Shown one piece after another: positions 49,716-60,892 of a stretch of DNA of 64,000 bases. Both the position numbers and the translations under genes were made by a program. This stretch comes from Octopus vulgaris (Eukaryota). The number at the start of each line of letters is the position of its first letter. The first letter of the stretch is position 1. Location of the stretch: contig OX597838.1 in NCBI GenBank assembly GCA_951406725.2, forward strand, positions 41,850,001 through 41,914,000, read 5' to 3'. The notes under the pieces were generated by a model that saw only the letters and a program-made list of their open reading frames with translations, did not search any database and had not been told where the DNA came from.

Positions 49716-50999
49716 CTACAAAATAAATGTTGAAGACAATAAATATTAGCACAATTAAACATTACATAATTAGAGAATAATATTCTACAGTTCAATGTTA
49801 AAATCCGGTCTGGTCCAGTCTGGTCAATACATGACCAATGCAATAAGAGTGGTCTGGTCGATATGAAAAACTAACCAATTCAAAATAAAAAATTAAAAAA
49901 TCCATCATTCCAGCAGAAACATCAAAATGGTTGACGAAAATACTTTTAAAAGGATTCAGCTTTGTTTCACCTTCATCGTAAGATCAAATTTCACTGCAAC
50001 CCACTTCAATGTTCAACCATACAGGGTTGATTACATCAATCCCACGTATGAGATTAGGATTAATGTAACCAGCTAGAGACAGACCTGCTCTAAAATGTGT
50101 GGAATGGTCCCATTGTAAGAACTGAGTTGCTAGAAATGGTAGCAGCCATATAACCTCAGCCAATCTTTAATCCCTCAATTACAATCCCCCCCCAGTATAT
50201 TCTTTTGAGAAAAATTTCTTATAAATCTGATTTGAAGCCCACAAAATATTTAATTGGTTTGAAGACTTGCAAGATGGAACTGCCAGTAACCAGGATAAAC
50301 TGATGTTTCCAATTCTTATTGAGAGCTCAAGAGATGAAGGAAAAGGGAAAGCTAAGGTGGGAGGATGTTGCCTCTGTATGTTAGATGGAGGTTGGGGGTA
50401 GAGCAGGTTCTTGTTGGAGAGGAGTTACACGGCTACTCACATTTAGGAGAGAGAGAGAGAGAATGAATTAGCGGTACCTCTAGAGATAGACAGGTGATGA
50501 GGTGTCCAGGTGGCACCGCAGGTAGCAGGAGTAATAGTGGGTGGGATGAGTGGGGGCTTGCAAGAGTGAATGGGGGAAGAGTTAGGGGAAGTAGGCGAGG
50601 GAGGTAGGCAACATCTGTAAAGATTAGGGAAGGGTTGAGGGGAAAGGGATGTGAAGGTTGGGAAGGCCACAGAGATATGAGCAGTAAGGATACCATTGCA
50701 TGGGGCGCAGGGAGAAGAGAGAGGACCCATTTGAGTAGGGTGCAGAAGCAGAATAGGGAGATAAAACAGGTGTAGTGTGGAAGGAGAGATAATCAGGGAG
50801 TCTGGGGAAGGGAATGGCCACTGTAACATGTGGGTGTGGAGAGCAATATTAATGGATGAAGAATGGCTAACAAGGGAGAGGGTTTTGGATAGCAAAACTG
50901 AAAAGTGGTATCAAGATGGGGGTGGGCTGACATAATGGGGTGGAGGGATTGAGAGAGAAAGATAGACAAATATACATGCACACACACACTCAGCTTTAT

Positions 51000-51400
51000 C
51001 ACGATCGGTATTCACTCACTCAGAGATGTCAAACTCACTCCAGTTGTTGGGTCATATTAGTACCAAGGCTCTATCCAGGTGAAAGCACATTCCAACAACG
51101 AACCCTTCTCTTCAGGGTCTCTAGGATACTTCAGTCACAACAATTATTGATCACCCACAATGGAGTATTGCCCTCACATCTGGGGCATTCTGCTGCTGCT
51201 GTGCACACACCGACACCGTAGAAGAAAACCACATCCAGCTCTGAAGAGTCACCAGACAGATTATTATGTCACCGACAGGACAGACAGAGTCCAGCCTCTG
51301 ACAAATGGACATGCAAAAGGCAATGTTAACTGCTTTTGATACGGCCTCTATGAAGGGGGTGCCCGAGGACTCCACCCTCACCTACGACCCTCTCAGGAAT
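51000..51400 (+). mobile_element. Decayed LINE ORF2 C-terminal fragment
   Basis: PTMEYCPHIWG motif near 51155, typical of the LINE RPxLEYxxxxW block. Confidence 0.45.
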
Positions 51401-52449
51401 GGTGAGCAGAGATGGAAGGAACGTCATTAGATTTTCGAAAGAAACATGGATACTTCAGGAATGGATATTTAATAATGGCTCGTTTATTATTATTCTTTTT
51501 AGTTTTAAAATGTTATTATTTAAAAGTATATATTTAACAAGGATGGTATTTTTTTTTTATCTAATACATTAATAACTTCACCAGAATTTTGTGTTGGCAA
51601 CGAAAACAATTTTCATGAAACTCTTACAAAGATCAAATTATATTAATATTTATTTATATATTTTATAATTGAAAAAAGTTTCAGCAATAAAAATGTTTGA
51701 AAGCTTATTTGTTTGGGAGACCGAATGACGCTCGCGTTTCCGTTTCGTCGTTTCAAAGCCGACGGTCAATCGGGGTCGAGTAATGTTACACCGACAAATG
51801 TATTCCAGACATAACCATTCCTTAAGAAGGCGTAGAATGGAATTTGTGTGGGACTTAGCTGCTACTTTCAGCAGGTTTGGCAACCACTTAGATGCTCCCT
51901 TCGTTTGCATTTTGTCGAGTTTACGGGACTGGAATTAACATGAAATATTATTTCTAGGGGAAAATATGTAAGCATGAACCGGTACACCATTAACTTGAAG
52001 GGTAAACTGCAAGGGAGCTGACAACGAAAGAGCATTAAAGGGTGTCTGCTGGTTGGGGAAACGGGTGGAAGGTACCCGTCGGGAAGGAACCAAGGAATTC
52101 ATCAAGAAGCGGGGGAGGGTCGCAGATCTCGGTGTTCGCTTTCCATCGTTCAGAGTGTAAGTAAATATGCCTGGATAGAATTATCATGTTATTAGTATTA
52201 TCACCAATGATCCGACGACATAGTCTTCAGTAAGATGGAAATAACACTGAACAGACAGAGTCGAATATAGTTTCATTGTTTTTTGAGAATGAATCCCAAA
52301 CCGTGAAACCTTTGTTGTTATTAAATAAAGAGGGAATCCATCCAACTCGGATCGGAGACCAAAGTTTCATAGATTTGTGTCTATAAATGTAATTTTGAAT
52401 GAATTTATTGTGCTTACATTTATTTTGCCAAGGTCTGTCAAAAATCTAC

Positions 52450-53050
52450 TTCCTCTTCTGTAAATTATCTCAACACCGAATATGAAAGTAGAAGAATCGA
52501 GCGTGTGTGGCACGACTGGAAACCGTTTCAGAGGACAACGACGAAGAATGTTGTTGTTTTGACATTAAGCAAATTTTGAAGAGGGAAAATGGAATTGTGT
52601 TGGAGCGGAGACGGACGCCAGCGACGGTTCCATCGTCGGGGAACCTTTATTCCGAGTGACAAAAGAATCGACGCCAAAAACAATGTTGACAAATTCCAAC
52701 AAATATTTTTTTTCCTTTTTTTCTGCTTTAAAACATGAAAAACTCACCTCGAATTTCTTTGCTTCGTTATTTTCACTGAGGCGGACACTGAACTCGACCC
52801 TGTGCGAATAAGGTTCGTCGATGAACGAGTAGTCATCCTTGTCGGTGAATATAATCTCTTCGTTGTCGCTGCCTTCGTCGTTGTCGATGCAAATCTTCAG
52901 ATTTGGCAATTTCTGTTTACCACTCTCCGCCATAGTTGGAGCACGGAACGAGCGACGGTTCCGGTTCGGCGAAATTCCCGATTCTCCATTGGACAAAATT
53001 CCAAAACAATTTCATCAATTATTAACGCAATAATAAAATGCAGAGATTAA
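52450..53050 (-). promoter_or_regulatory. CpG-retaining promoter/first-exon region of NCBP3
   Basis: Visibly higher CpG density around exon 1 than in the CpG-depleted flanks; abrupt switch to AT-rich sequence near 53000. TSS not determined. Confidence 0.5.
52748..52933 (-). CDS. NCBP3: NCBP3 coding exon 1 (MAESGKQKLPNLKICIDNDEG...EAKKFE)
   Basis: ATG at 52933 in context ACTATGG; donor GAG|gtgagt; 186 nt; CpG-rich surroundings. Confidence 0.85.
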
Positions 53051-53202
53051 TTAATTAAGACGTTCTGAAATTATAAAAAAGTATTTTCTCCTGTATTTTA
53101 TAGTTGCATACAAAAATATTATTTTCGCTTTTATAGAATTCACTGCAGAAAGCTATCTGGAGGTGGGTCATGTAAGACTATGAGGCATACCTACACAAAT
53201 GT

Positions 53203-53518
53203 GCCCCACTGACTTTGTTTCCACATAACTTTCAGAAAAGTCGGGTTTTAAATGAAATTTTCAACAAATACCTCTTTCAGATGGTGTAGATTACGATTAT
53301 ATTAGAATTTAATGTGATATATACAAATTGATAGGCGTGCACACATACATACAAACATAATAACTTATAATATTTACAAAATGCAATTTTGAAACAATTG
53401 CGATGTATGTGTGCGTGCCAATCAATTTTTTCCCCCCCATTAAATATCCGAAGATATTTCTTTTCATTTAAAAAATATCCATTTTAAAAAAAGTTTATGG
53501 AAACAACTGAGTGAGGTG
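53203..53518. mobile_element. MITE-like element with terminal and internal inverted repeats, about 270 bp upstream of the NCBP3 ATG
   Basis: Degenerate TIR ccactgactttgtttccac / ggaaacaactgagtgagg; internal IR ttgataggcgtgcacacatacat / atgtatgtgtgcgtgccaatcaa; related copy at about 22045-22150. Confidence 0.55.
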
Positions 53519-53962
53519 ATTATATTCATAACCTGTTGGTTTACATCGACTAGAATACTCCTGGTGCAACGAACAAAATTTCCTGAAGTCTAACAATGCG
53601 ACTGTAGCTGTTTAGTACTTCTTATATAGAATATATTAACGCTAATTTAATTGTATGGGTAATTACTGTTTTTTAAACTAGGAGGAATCAGAAATTTTGT
53701 TGTTTTACAAACATTTTAATTTTTATTTGGTGCATTGTCTTATTGTTTTGTGTTTCATCGCAAACAAAAGCAAATGAATTATTAAATCATTTTCATTAAT
53801 ATATATTGGTCACAATGTGATACTGATGAATTTAACCAAACTAATGATCCTTTTATTAATTCTAAAAGAGAGCAATAAAACTTTTTTTTGCACAATTCTA
53901 AATTAGGAAATATGAGAAAGACCATCACTTCCTTTCTTGTGGGATTTCATCTTAGGATTAAA

Positions 53963-53993
<31 letters not shown>

Positions 53994-55360
53994 TTATCTA
54001 TCTTCCTCTCTCTTTTCTTTTCTCTCCTCTCTTACCCACCTCTCTCTCTCTCTCCCTCTTATGAGACTGGTGAAGTTGATGCCATTAATGTTCCATTGAA
54101 ACAGGTGCAGTTCAACACCTGCAGAAAAGACACGTGGGGAAATATTGCAAAGGGTTGACAACCAGAGCAGAAAAGGACTGGGTTTATAATGTAAATGAGG
54201 GACCAGGGACGGTTGAATGCAACAAGGAGGGTCAAGGGAACAAAACCCAGCCAGCTGCAAGGGACCGACTCTTCTTTACTCCCAACATTTTACACATGAC
54301 AACTTCCTGTTGACTGTTGATGCTAATCCCAACATCTTGTGCTGTTCCTGAAAGAAATTGTCTGCTTCATGCATTCTTTATTCCTTGGGACTGTTCGGTC
54401 CCTCGACCTAATGCTCATATTCAGAGCAGTTTGGTGCACTTCAAGTCACTTCATGTTGAAAATGTATTTGTCATTCATCTCCCACCACCCATCTAAGGAA
54501 TTTGCACCTGTTCAGCCAAGGGTTGACACTAAACTGGAATGCAAAGCAGCTGCTCAGGCTACAAGAACTCCTACATAAGTACTCCTACAGAGGCGCACAG
54601 GGTTGTTCACAAACTCAGTTTAGAATTTACCTTTGGTTCAATCAGATGTGACAGCAGTCTCGGCTCAGTGAAAGAGAGGCCTCCAAAGTTGTTGCACTTT
54701 GCTTGACAGGCTCACCAGGAACCATTTCAGCCAGCCAGGGGTGAAGGTGCATGACTTAGTGGCTAAGGTTTACAGCTCATGATCATAAGGTTGTCAGTTT
54801 GATTCCCAGTGGCATGTTATGTCGTCAAGCAAGACCCTTTATTCCGTGTTGCTCCTGTCCACTCAGATGGCAAAAATGAGTTGTAAGCAATGGAGAGCCA
54901 GGCCTATCTCAGGAGTTAATAAATCTTCCATGTTGGTGATTTTTTTCTTTGGTTTCATACCAAAAAGAAAAAACATTTAAATGTCCTATGCAAGCTTCGA
55001 ATATCTCGTCACCACTTTTATATCCTGCCACAGGTTGGTATATAAAGAATTATGAAGCAGAGGTTTAATCACAATGTGTTCATACGATGTACTTCGCAAG
55101 ACTACCAAAACACCCTCCCTGGACTACTACAGACCACTGCGCTTTATAAGAGTTCGGCTAGTCCATTCTTCCAATCTCCCAGGGGTGTCAGTGGCTCTCA
55201 CCACAACACTCTTTTGGCCGCAAGTCCATATTTTGCTCCTTTTGTCTTTGTCCATCGTCTTGAATTGCATTTTCTTACTTTCGTATGTCCACTCTGTGCT
55301 GTTTTGTTTGCTTGAGGCCCGATTCTCTGCGTCGTACACAGGCACTGCCAAGATAGGAAG

Positions 55361-55515
55361 CTCTCAGTCTCATCATTAAAGGTGCAAAACTGAGTTTTAC
55401 CATTCTGGTTGATAACTGATGAAGAATTAGGGACCCTCTCAGTCTCATCATTAAAGGTGCAAAACTGAGTTTTACCATTCTGGTTGATAACTGATGAAGA
55501 ATTAGGGACCCTCTC
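55361..55515. repeat. Perfect 75-bp tandem duplication
   Basis: 55361-55435 is identical to 55436-55510; ctctc microhomology at the junctions. Confidence 0.92.
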
Positions 55516-55573
55516 TGTCTGACTCCCTTTTTATCTGTTGTTTATTTGCAATGCATTTTTTCAGTTATATCTA

Positions 55574-56691
55574 CAGGGTGATTCAAAAGTCTCCATACAT
55601 AGGAAAAATTTATTTTTTTATAAGAAACAGATTATAAGATCCCCTGATCTGACCCCTCTTGATTTCTATCTTTTGGGGCATGTGAGAGGCATGGTGTATC
55701 GCAGAAAGATAAAAGACACAAATCATTCGAAGGAACGTATCACCAACTCATTTGCACACGTATCACCAGATGTGCAATTATGAGTTCCCAATGAGTCGGG
55801 GTCAACGTATTGCAATGTGTATTCAAAACAAAGGTAACCATATGGAGACCCTTAAATAAAAAGAAATGCTGGACATAAGAAGCATCAGATGTGGTGTGCA
55901 AGAGCGACGTTTGCACTGGTACGGTCATGTACTGCAGATGGATGAGGAGAGATGTGTGAAGAAGTGCCACTGCCAAACAGTTGAAGGTATCAGGGGGAGA
56001 GGTAGACCCAGGAAGACATGAGATGAGGTAGTCAAGCTTGACCTTTGAACATTGGGCCTCACAGAAGTAATGACGAAAGACAGAGATCTCTGGAGATATG
56101 CTGTGACTGCAAAGACCCAGGCTGCTTCCTACACCAGTTTCGCATAGCCCCTGCCCATTCAAAGTACCTTGGATTGCAGAACGACCTGCTGTGCTTGAGG
56201 AGACCTATTGAGTCGAGTACATCAATATCAGTATCAAAACAAATATCAAATGGAAATTGTAGTTACGATACCTGTGCCGGCAGCACGTAAAAAGCACCAT
56301 CCGAACATGGCTGATGCCAGTGCTGCCTTGACTGGCTTCTGTGCCGGTGGCACATAACCTGCTGTGCTTGAGGAGACCAATTGAGTCAAGTACATAAACA
56401 TCGAAATAAATATCAAATGGAAATTGTAGTTGTGATACCTGTACCAGTGGCACATAAAAAGCACCCACTACACTCTCGGAGTGGTTGGCATTAGGAAGGG
56501 CATCCAGCTGTAGAAACACTGCCAGATCAGGCTGGAACCTGGTGCAGCCTTCTGGGTTCCCAGACCCCGGTCGAACCGTCCAACCCATGCTTGCACGAAA
56601 AATGGACGTTAAACGATGATGATGTTCTTATAAACTGTTTCTTATAAAAAAATAAATTGCTCCTATGTATGGCGACTTTTGAATCACCCTG
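55574..56691 (+). mobile_element. Non-autonomous Tc1/mariner (rosa/DD41D-like) element with a nested RTE
   Basis: About 65-bp TIRs cagggtgattcaaaagtc... / ...gacttttgaatcaccctg with TA TSD; internal RSPDLTPLDFYLLGHVRGMVY. Confidence 0.82.
55860..56623 (+). mobile_element. 5'-truncated RTE-clade LINE (ORF C-terminus, 3' UTR, (GAT)n tail)
   Basis: ERRLHWYGHVLQMDEERCVKK...EGIRGRGRPRKT.DEVV..DL...DRDLWR; the UTR is the abundant repeat also seen at 1462, 12343, 15466, 25365, 44236, 46148, 58880 and 59543. Confidence 0.85.
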
Positions 56692-57216
56692 TACATATAT
56701 AGACATATACATATATATGTGTATGTTGTGTGTGTGTGCGTGTGTGCCTTTGTGTCCATGTTTGTACCCCATCACTGCTTGACAACTGATGTTGGTTTAT
56801 TTATGTCCCCATAACTTAACAGTTCAGCAAGAGAGACCAATGGCAGGAGTACCAGGCTTGAAAAAACATAAGTCCTGGGGTCAATTTGTTTGGCTAAAAT
56901 TCGTCAAAGAGGTGCTCCAGCATGACCACAATGTAATGACTGAAACAAGTAAAAAGATGAAAGGACACTAGTACTTTCCCCTATAGGCACAAGGCCAGCA
57001 ATTGTGAGGGACAAGGAAGTCAATTACATTGACCCCCAGTACCCAACTGGTCCTTATTTTATTGGCCCCAAAAGGATGAATGGTAAAGCCAACCTCATCA
57101 CAATTTGAACTCAAAACTTAAAGATGAAATGCTTTTTGCAGTATTTTCCTGGCAACTAAAGGATTCTGCACGCTCCTCATCTTTTCTAAATGTATAATTA
57201 GGGACACAAGGACGTT

Positions 57217-57325
57217 TGTAAATTAGCTTGTGTTATAGAGAATAATTAATTATGTAAATTAGCTTGTATCATAGAGGATAAATGATTATGTAAATAAGCA
57301 TGTTTTAGAGGATAAATGATTATGT
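57217..57325. repeat. About 36-bp tandem repeat, 3 copies
   Basis: tgtaaattagcttgt...tagaggataaatgatta units. Confidence 0.75.
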
Positions 57326-57735
57326 CTAATTAACTATTCAATTCATTAAATATACTGACAGTAACCTGGCTATTGTGTCACTGCTGGTTTGAGAAGCTTT
57401 GACATTTATTTCACAAACGGAACCTGTTTGCCAAATATACCTGTGGCTGATTGAGAGTTGATAATATAGGCAAATCAGGTAACTAATGAAATATTATGTT
57501 ACATATCAGCTTTGATGTGTGAAAAGCAGAGATCTGGGTCATTCGGTCAGAAAAGGTGGGCAAACATTAACCTGATTAAAGTACCAGAGTCAATGGTTTT
57601 CAAACGGATGGTTAGTCAGCTGGCCTACCCGAGAATGTTCCAAGTTTTTGGAACACTCCTTGCATCCGAATCCTTCTTCTTCCATTGCTACAGAATTGGA
57701 CAAGTTTAAAAAGATGGAAGTCATTTTAATGTTTG

Positions 57736-57807
57736 TTAAATAGCAATTTGTTCTCCTCCTTTCCAATCCTCCTCACTCTGCTGCAGCCTGGTCGTCCGCC
57801 TCTTCTC
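57736..57807 (-). CDS. Putative terminal coding exon of an unidentified gene (EKRRTTRLQQSEEDWKGGEQIAI* or (G)EEADDQAAAE*)
   Basis: ctctcatgtttctcacag acceptor; purine-rich exon-like sequence; unique UTR-like region downstream with AATAAA at 57410-57405. Confidence 0.4.
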   Translation of the reverse strand, partial: EKRRTTRLQQSEEDWKGGEQIAI

Positions 57808-58119
57808 CTGTGAGAAACATGAGAGTGAGTGAACCTGAGGGCAGCAGAAAGGGGAAAACAAATTTTGAAGATTTTGTAGTTGTTATTTGGATCAAAAGTC
57901 AGGATTGAAGCACCTGTGCAGGTGTCATATAAGAGCACCTGTGCCATATAAGAGCACCTGATACACTTTGTGGAGTGGCTGGTAATAGGAAGGGCATCCA
58001 GCCATAAAACCCATGCCAAAATCAGAAAATCAGAACCTAGGCAGCTGGGCAGCTCCAGTCAAACCGTCCAACCCATGCCAGCATTAAATGACAACCATCC
58101 TCATGATAATCATATTTAC

Positions 58120-58520
58120 TCTTTTACTCTTTACTCTTTTACTTGTTTCAGTCATTTGACTGCGGCCATGCTGGAGCACCGCCTTTAGTCGAGCAAATCG
58201 AACCCCGGGACTTATTCTTTGTAAGCCCAGTACTTATTCTATCGGTCTCTTTTGCCAAACCGGTAAGTGACGGGTACGTAAACACACCAGCATCGGTTGT
58301 CAAGCAATGCTAGGGGGACAAACACAGTCACACAAACACACACACATATACATATATACGACAGGCTTCTTTCAGTTTCTGTCTACCAAATCCACTCACA
58401 AGGCATTGGTCGGTCCGGGGCTATAGCAGAAGACACTTGCCCAAGATGCCACACAGTGGGACTGAACCCGGAACCATGTGGTTGGTAGGCAAGCTACTTA
58501 CCACACAGCCACTCCTGCGC
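58120..58520 (-). mobile_element. Young tRNA-derived SINE with internal (TG)n; relatives at about 4345, 12750, 27815, 43410 and 56700
   Basis: Head tggctgtgtggtaagtagcttg...ggttcagtccc (A/B-box-like); CpGs retained; (GAGTAAAA)n tail. Confidence 0.75.
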
Positions 58521-58632
58521 CTATATATATATATATATATTGTACAAAAAACAAAAAAAAACAGAAGACAGAGAAGGGGGAGAACAACAAACAGGTATGT
58601 GTGTGTGTGTGTGTGTGTGTGTTTACATATAT

Positions 58633-58841
58633 AAAATGTTAAAATAAAGATGGAGAATTGTAAACCCACAAAGCTTGTTTATCACAGTCTTACATTCAAT
58701 GTATTCGCTCTAAACTTCTGTGCCACATGTGTGTGCCACTGATGTGTGTCGGACAGAGTCTTAAAGTGAACACATTGTACAAAAAGACTGCAATAATCAA
58801 GCTTTGTGGATGTAGAATTCACCATTTTTATTTTAACTTTT
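58633..58841. repeat. About 210-bp imperfect foldback (hairpin MITE-like)
   Basis: Arms include gttaaaataaagatgg/ccatttttattttaac, ccacaaagcttg/caagctttgtgg and cagtctt/aagactg. Confidence 0.75.
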
Positions 58842-59057
58842 AACATCTTACAGATTTAATAATATAATATAAGCTTACTCTCAGAGTGGTTGGCATTAGG
58901 AAAGACGTCCAGCCATAGAAACCATGTCAAATCAGACTGGAGTCTGGTGCAGCCCCTCAGCTTACCAGCCTTGATCAAACCGTTCAACCCATACCAGCAT
59001 GGACAATGGACATTTAATGATGATCATGATAAAGTACAATGATATGTTCCTATCTAC

Positions 59058-59092
59058 CTACTTTTTGAGTCATGTAACTCAAATGAGACAGA
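59058..59092 (-). CDS. Putative penultimate small exon of an unidentified gene (LSHLSYMTQK[V])
   Basis: Pyrimidine-rich tract plus ctgtcag acceptor; two overlapping donors, GTAGGT (exon end 59062) and GTAGAT (exon end 59058); unique sequence between repeats. Confidence 0.35.
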
Positions 59093-59784
59093 CTGACAGA
59101 CAGAAAGCCAAACAAAAAAAGAAGGAAATATAATAAGAGATGATAATGGAAAGTAGAGGAGGAAGATGATGATGATGATGTTTATTTGTTGTTTTTTTAA
59201 AACAGTGGTGGCATTGGTGATGGTCATTTCTGGCACTCAGATGCATGCATTAAATCATATTTTAAAAAATTTTTTATTTTAGTTCACGAAAATAAATGAA
59301 CCGCTTGGCTTTAGTTCCTTACAACTTATGAAAAACTACTATCACTACCACCACCACTACAATCACACTATTTAAGTGTGTGAAGCAGAATTATATCCCA
59401 AATTTTGAAAAGTTTCAATAAAACTCAAATTGTCCATGTAAATGTTATTGTATGGTACATTGTTTTCCCAAACACAACAAAATATGCTTCAACACACGAA
59501 CCCACACAAAGAATCTTGAAAACCAAATCCAAAAACAATATCAACATCATCGTTTAGCATCTGCTTTCCATGCTAGCATGGGTTGGACGGTTCAACTAGG
59601 GTCTGGGAAGCCAGAAGGCTGCACCAAGCCCAGTCTGATCTGGCAATGTTTCTACGGCTGGATGCCCTTCCTAATGCCAACCACTCCGTGAGTGTAGTGG
59701 GTGCTTTTTACATGCCAATGGCACAGGTGCCAGACGAGGCTGGCAAACGGCCGTGATCAGATGGTGCTTTTTACGTGCCACCGG

Positions 59785-59827
<43 letters not shown>

Positions 59828-60672
59828 ATATGAGTATGTACATATACTTTGAGTATATATAGAGAGAGAGGGGGAAGGAGAGAGAGAGAAATTGTATCTG
59901 ATTGACAGCCAATCGAGGGTAAAGAATGGACGTAATCAGAGATGGCAATCCAATTAGTGTAAGCCGATGCAAGAAATCAGCAACTCCAAAGTATTGGTCA
60001 AATAGACATGGAAGAGCGATGGGATGCATCTTGTAGGGTGTAGCTGGTAGTCTATGCATATTGTTCCTTTCTACCAGCTTCTTGCATTCAGCTCACTGCT
60101 GGTAGCAAGCCTGTGTAATGAAACAGAAGGCAGCCTAATGTATAAGTAGATAGCCTGTCCCTCAGCAAAAACCTGCCATCTGTCCCTGTAGTCACAGACA
60201 GTAAATGGTCAGCTTGTGACCGCATGGTAGTTCAGCAGAGAATCTTTTAGCATCATCAAACCCTACAAATACAGCCTGAGTTCTGTCACATTGGGTGGAT
60301 ATTCACTGGCTCTTATTAGCCACTGTCCAGCTGCCTTGTGGGTGAGGCCAGGAATTCAAAAGCTACACAGGAGCAAACCTCAGACAAAAACAAACAGCAG
60401 CAGTTAGAACTAAGGTGGTTACCGACCGACCGACTGGATTTTGGCAGCCCAGCACAACTTGAGTAGCCATCCACCCACCCGCCATTCCACTGAATATATC
60501 CTCTTTTAGATAATCTCCTACCATTCAGTCTAAAAAGGCAGCGACTCGCTCTTCAAAGGGAGGTTCAATTCACCCATCAGACTCAAGAAAGGCGACGATG
60601 TATTGGAAAGGCTAAAACGAATCCAAATGCAAGCAACTCGAGGTGTACAATGTCTGTGATGCAATAAATACC

Positions 60673-60892
60673 TATTTCTTTATTACCCACAAGGGGCTAA
60701 ACACAGAGGGGACAAACAAGGACAGACATAGGTATTAAGACGATTACATCGACCCCAGTGCGTAACTGGTACTTAATTTATCGACCCCGAAAGGATGAAA
60801 GGCAAAGTGGACTTCAGCGGAATTTGAACTCAGAACGTAACGGCAGACGAAATACCGCTAAGCATTTCGTCCGGCGCGCCAACGTTTCTGCC
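60673..60892 (-). mobile_element. Young SINE with perfect 14-bp TSD; relatives at about 1300, 10750, 18420, 21222, 25135, 26800, 43905, 49280, 56985 and 63780
   Basis: TSD atgcaataaatacc at 60659-60672 and 60893-60906; family core ttctgagttcaaattccg...cctttcatcctttcggggtcgataaattaagtaccag. Confidence 0.85.

Larger units (their letters stand above)
33446..52933 (-). other. NCBP3: Gene span: nuclear cap-binding protein subunit 3, 12 coding exons, 1869 nt / 622 aa
   Basis: Spliced protein contains YENKDGNFVTGIDIT, KREERARRF, RLETVHVRGVQDMSTKDVFHYFQEFAPSTVEWIEDNSCNVVWSDAMTAARAL (RRM), FMRYATK-DRKLPGAEKRSQYYVRHGNPNYGGMKGLISKS, MMRMYADDVEAELK and YPQLKIEV, each matching recalled vertebrate NCBP3 blocks. 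All 11 introns are GT-AG with consistent phases. Confidence 0.95.

Noticed and set aside
50330-50990. Purine-rich tract with Pro/Leu/Ser-rich minus-strand ORFs
   Set aside because: Compositional bias explains the ORFs; no splice-phase fit with NCBP3.
52565-52996. 143-aa single-exon ORF
   Set aside because: It is NCBP3 exon 1 with a TTG-initiated extension and intron read-through; the supported coding part is 52933-52748.
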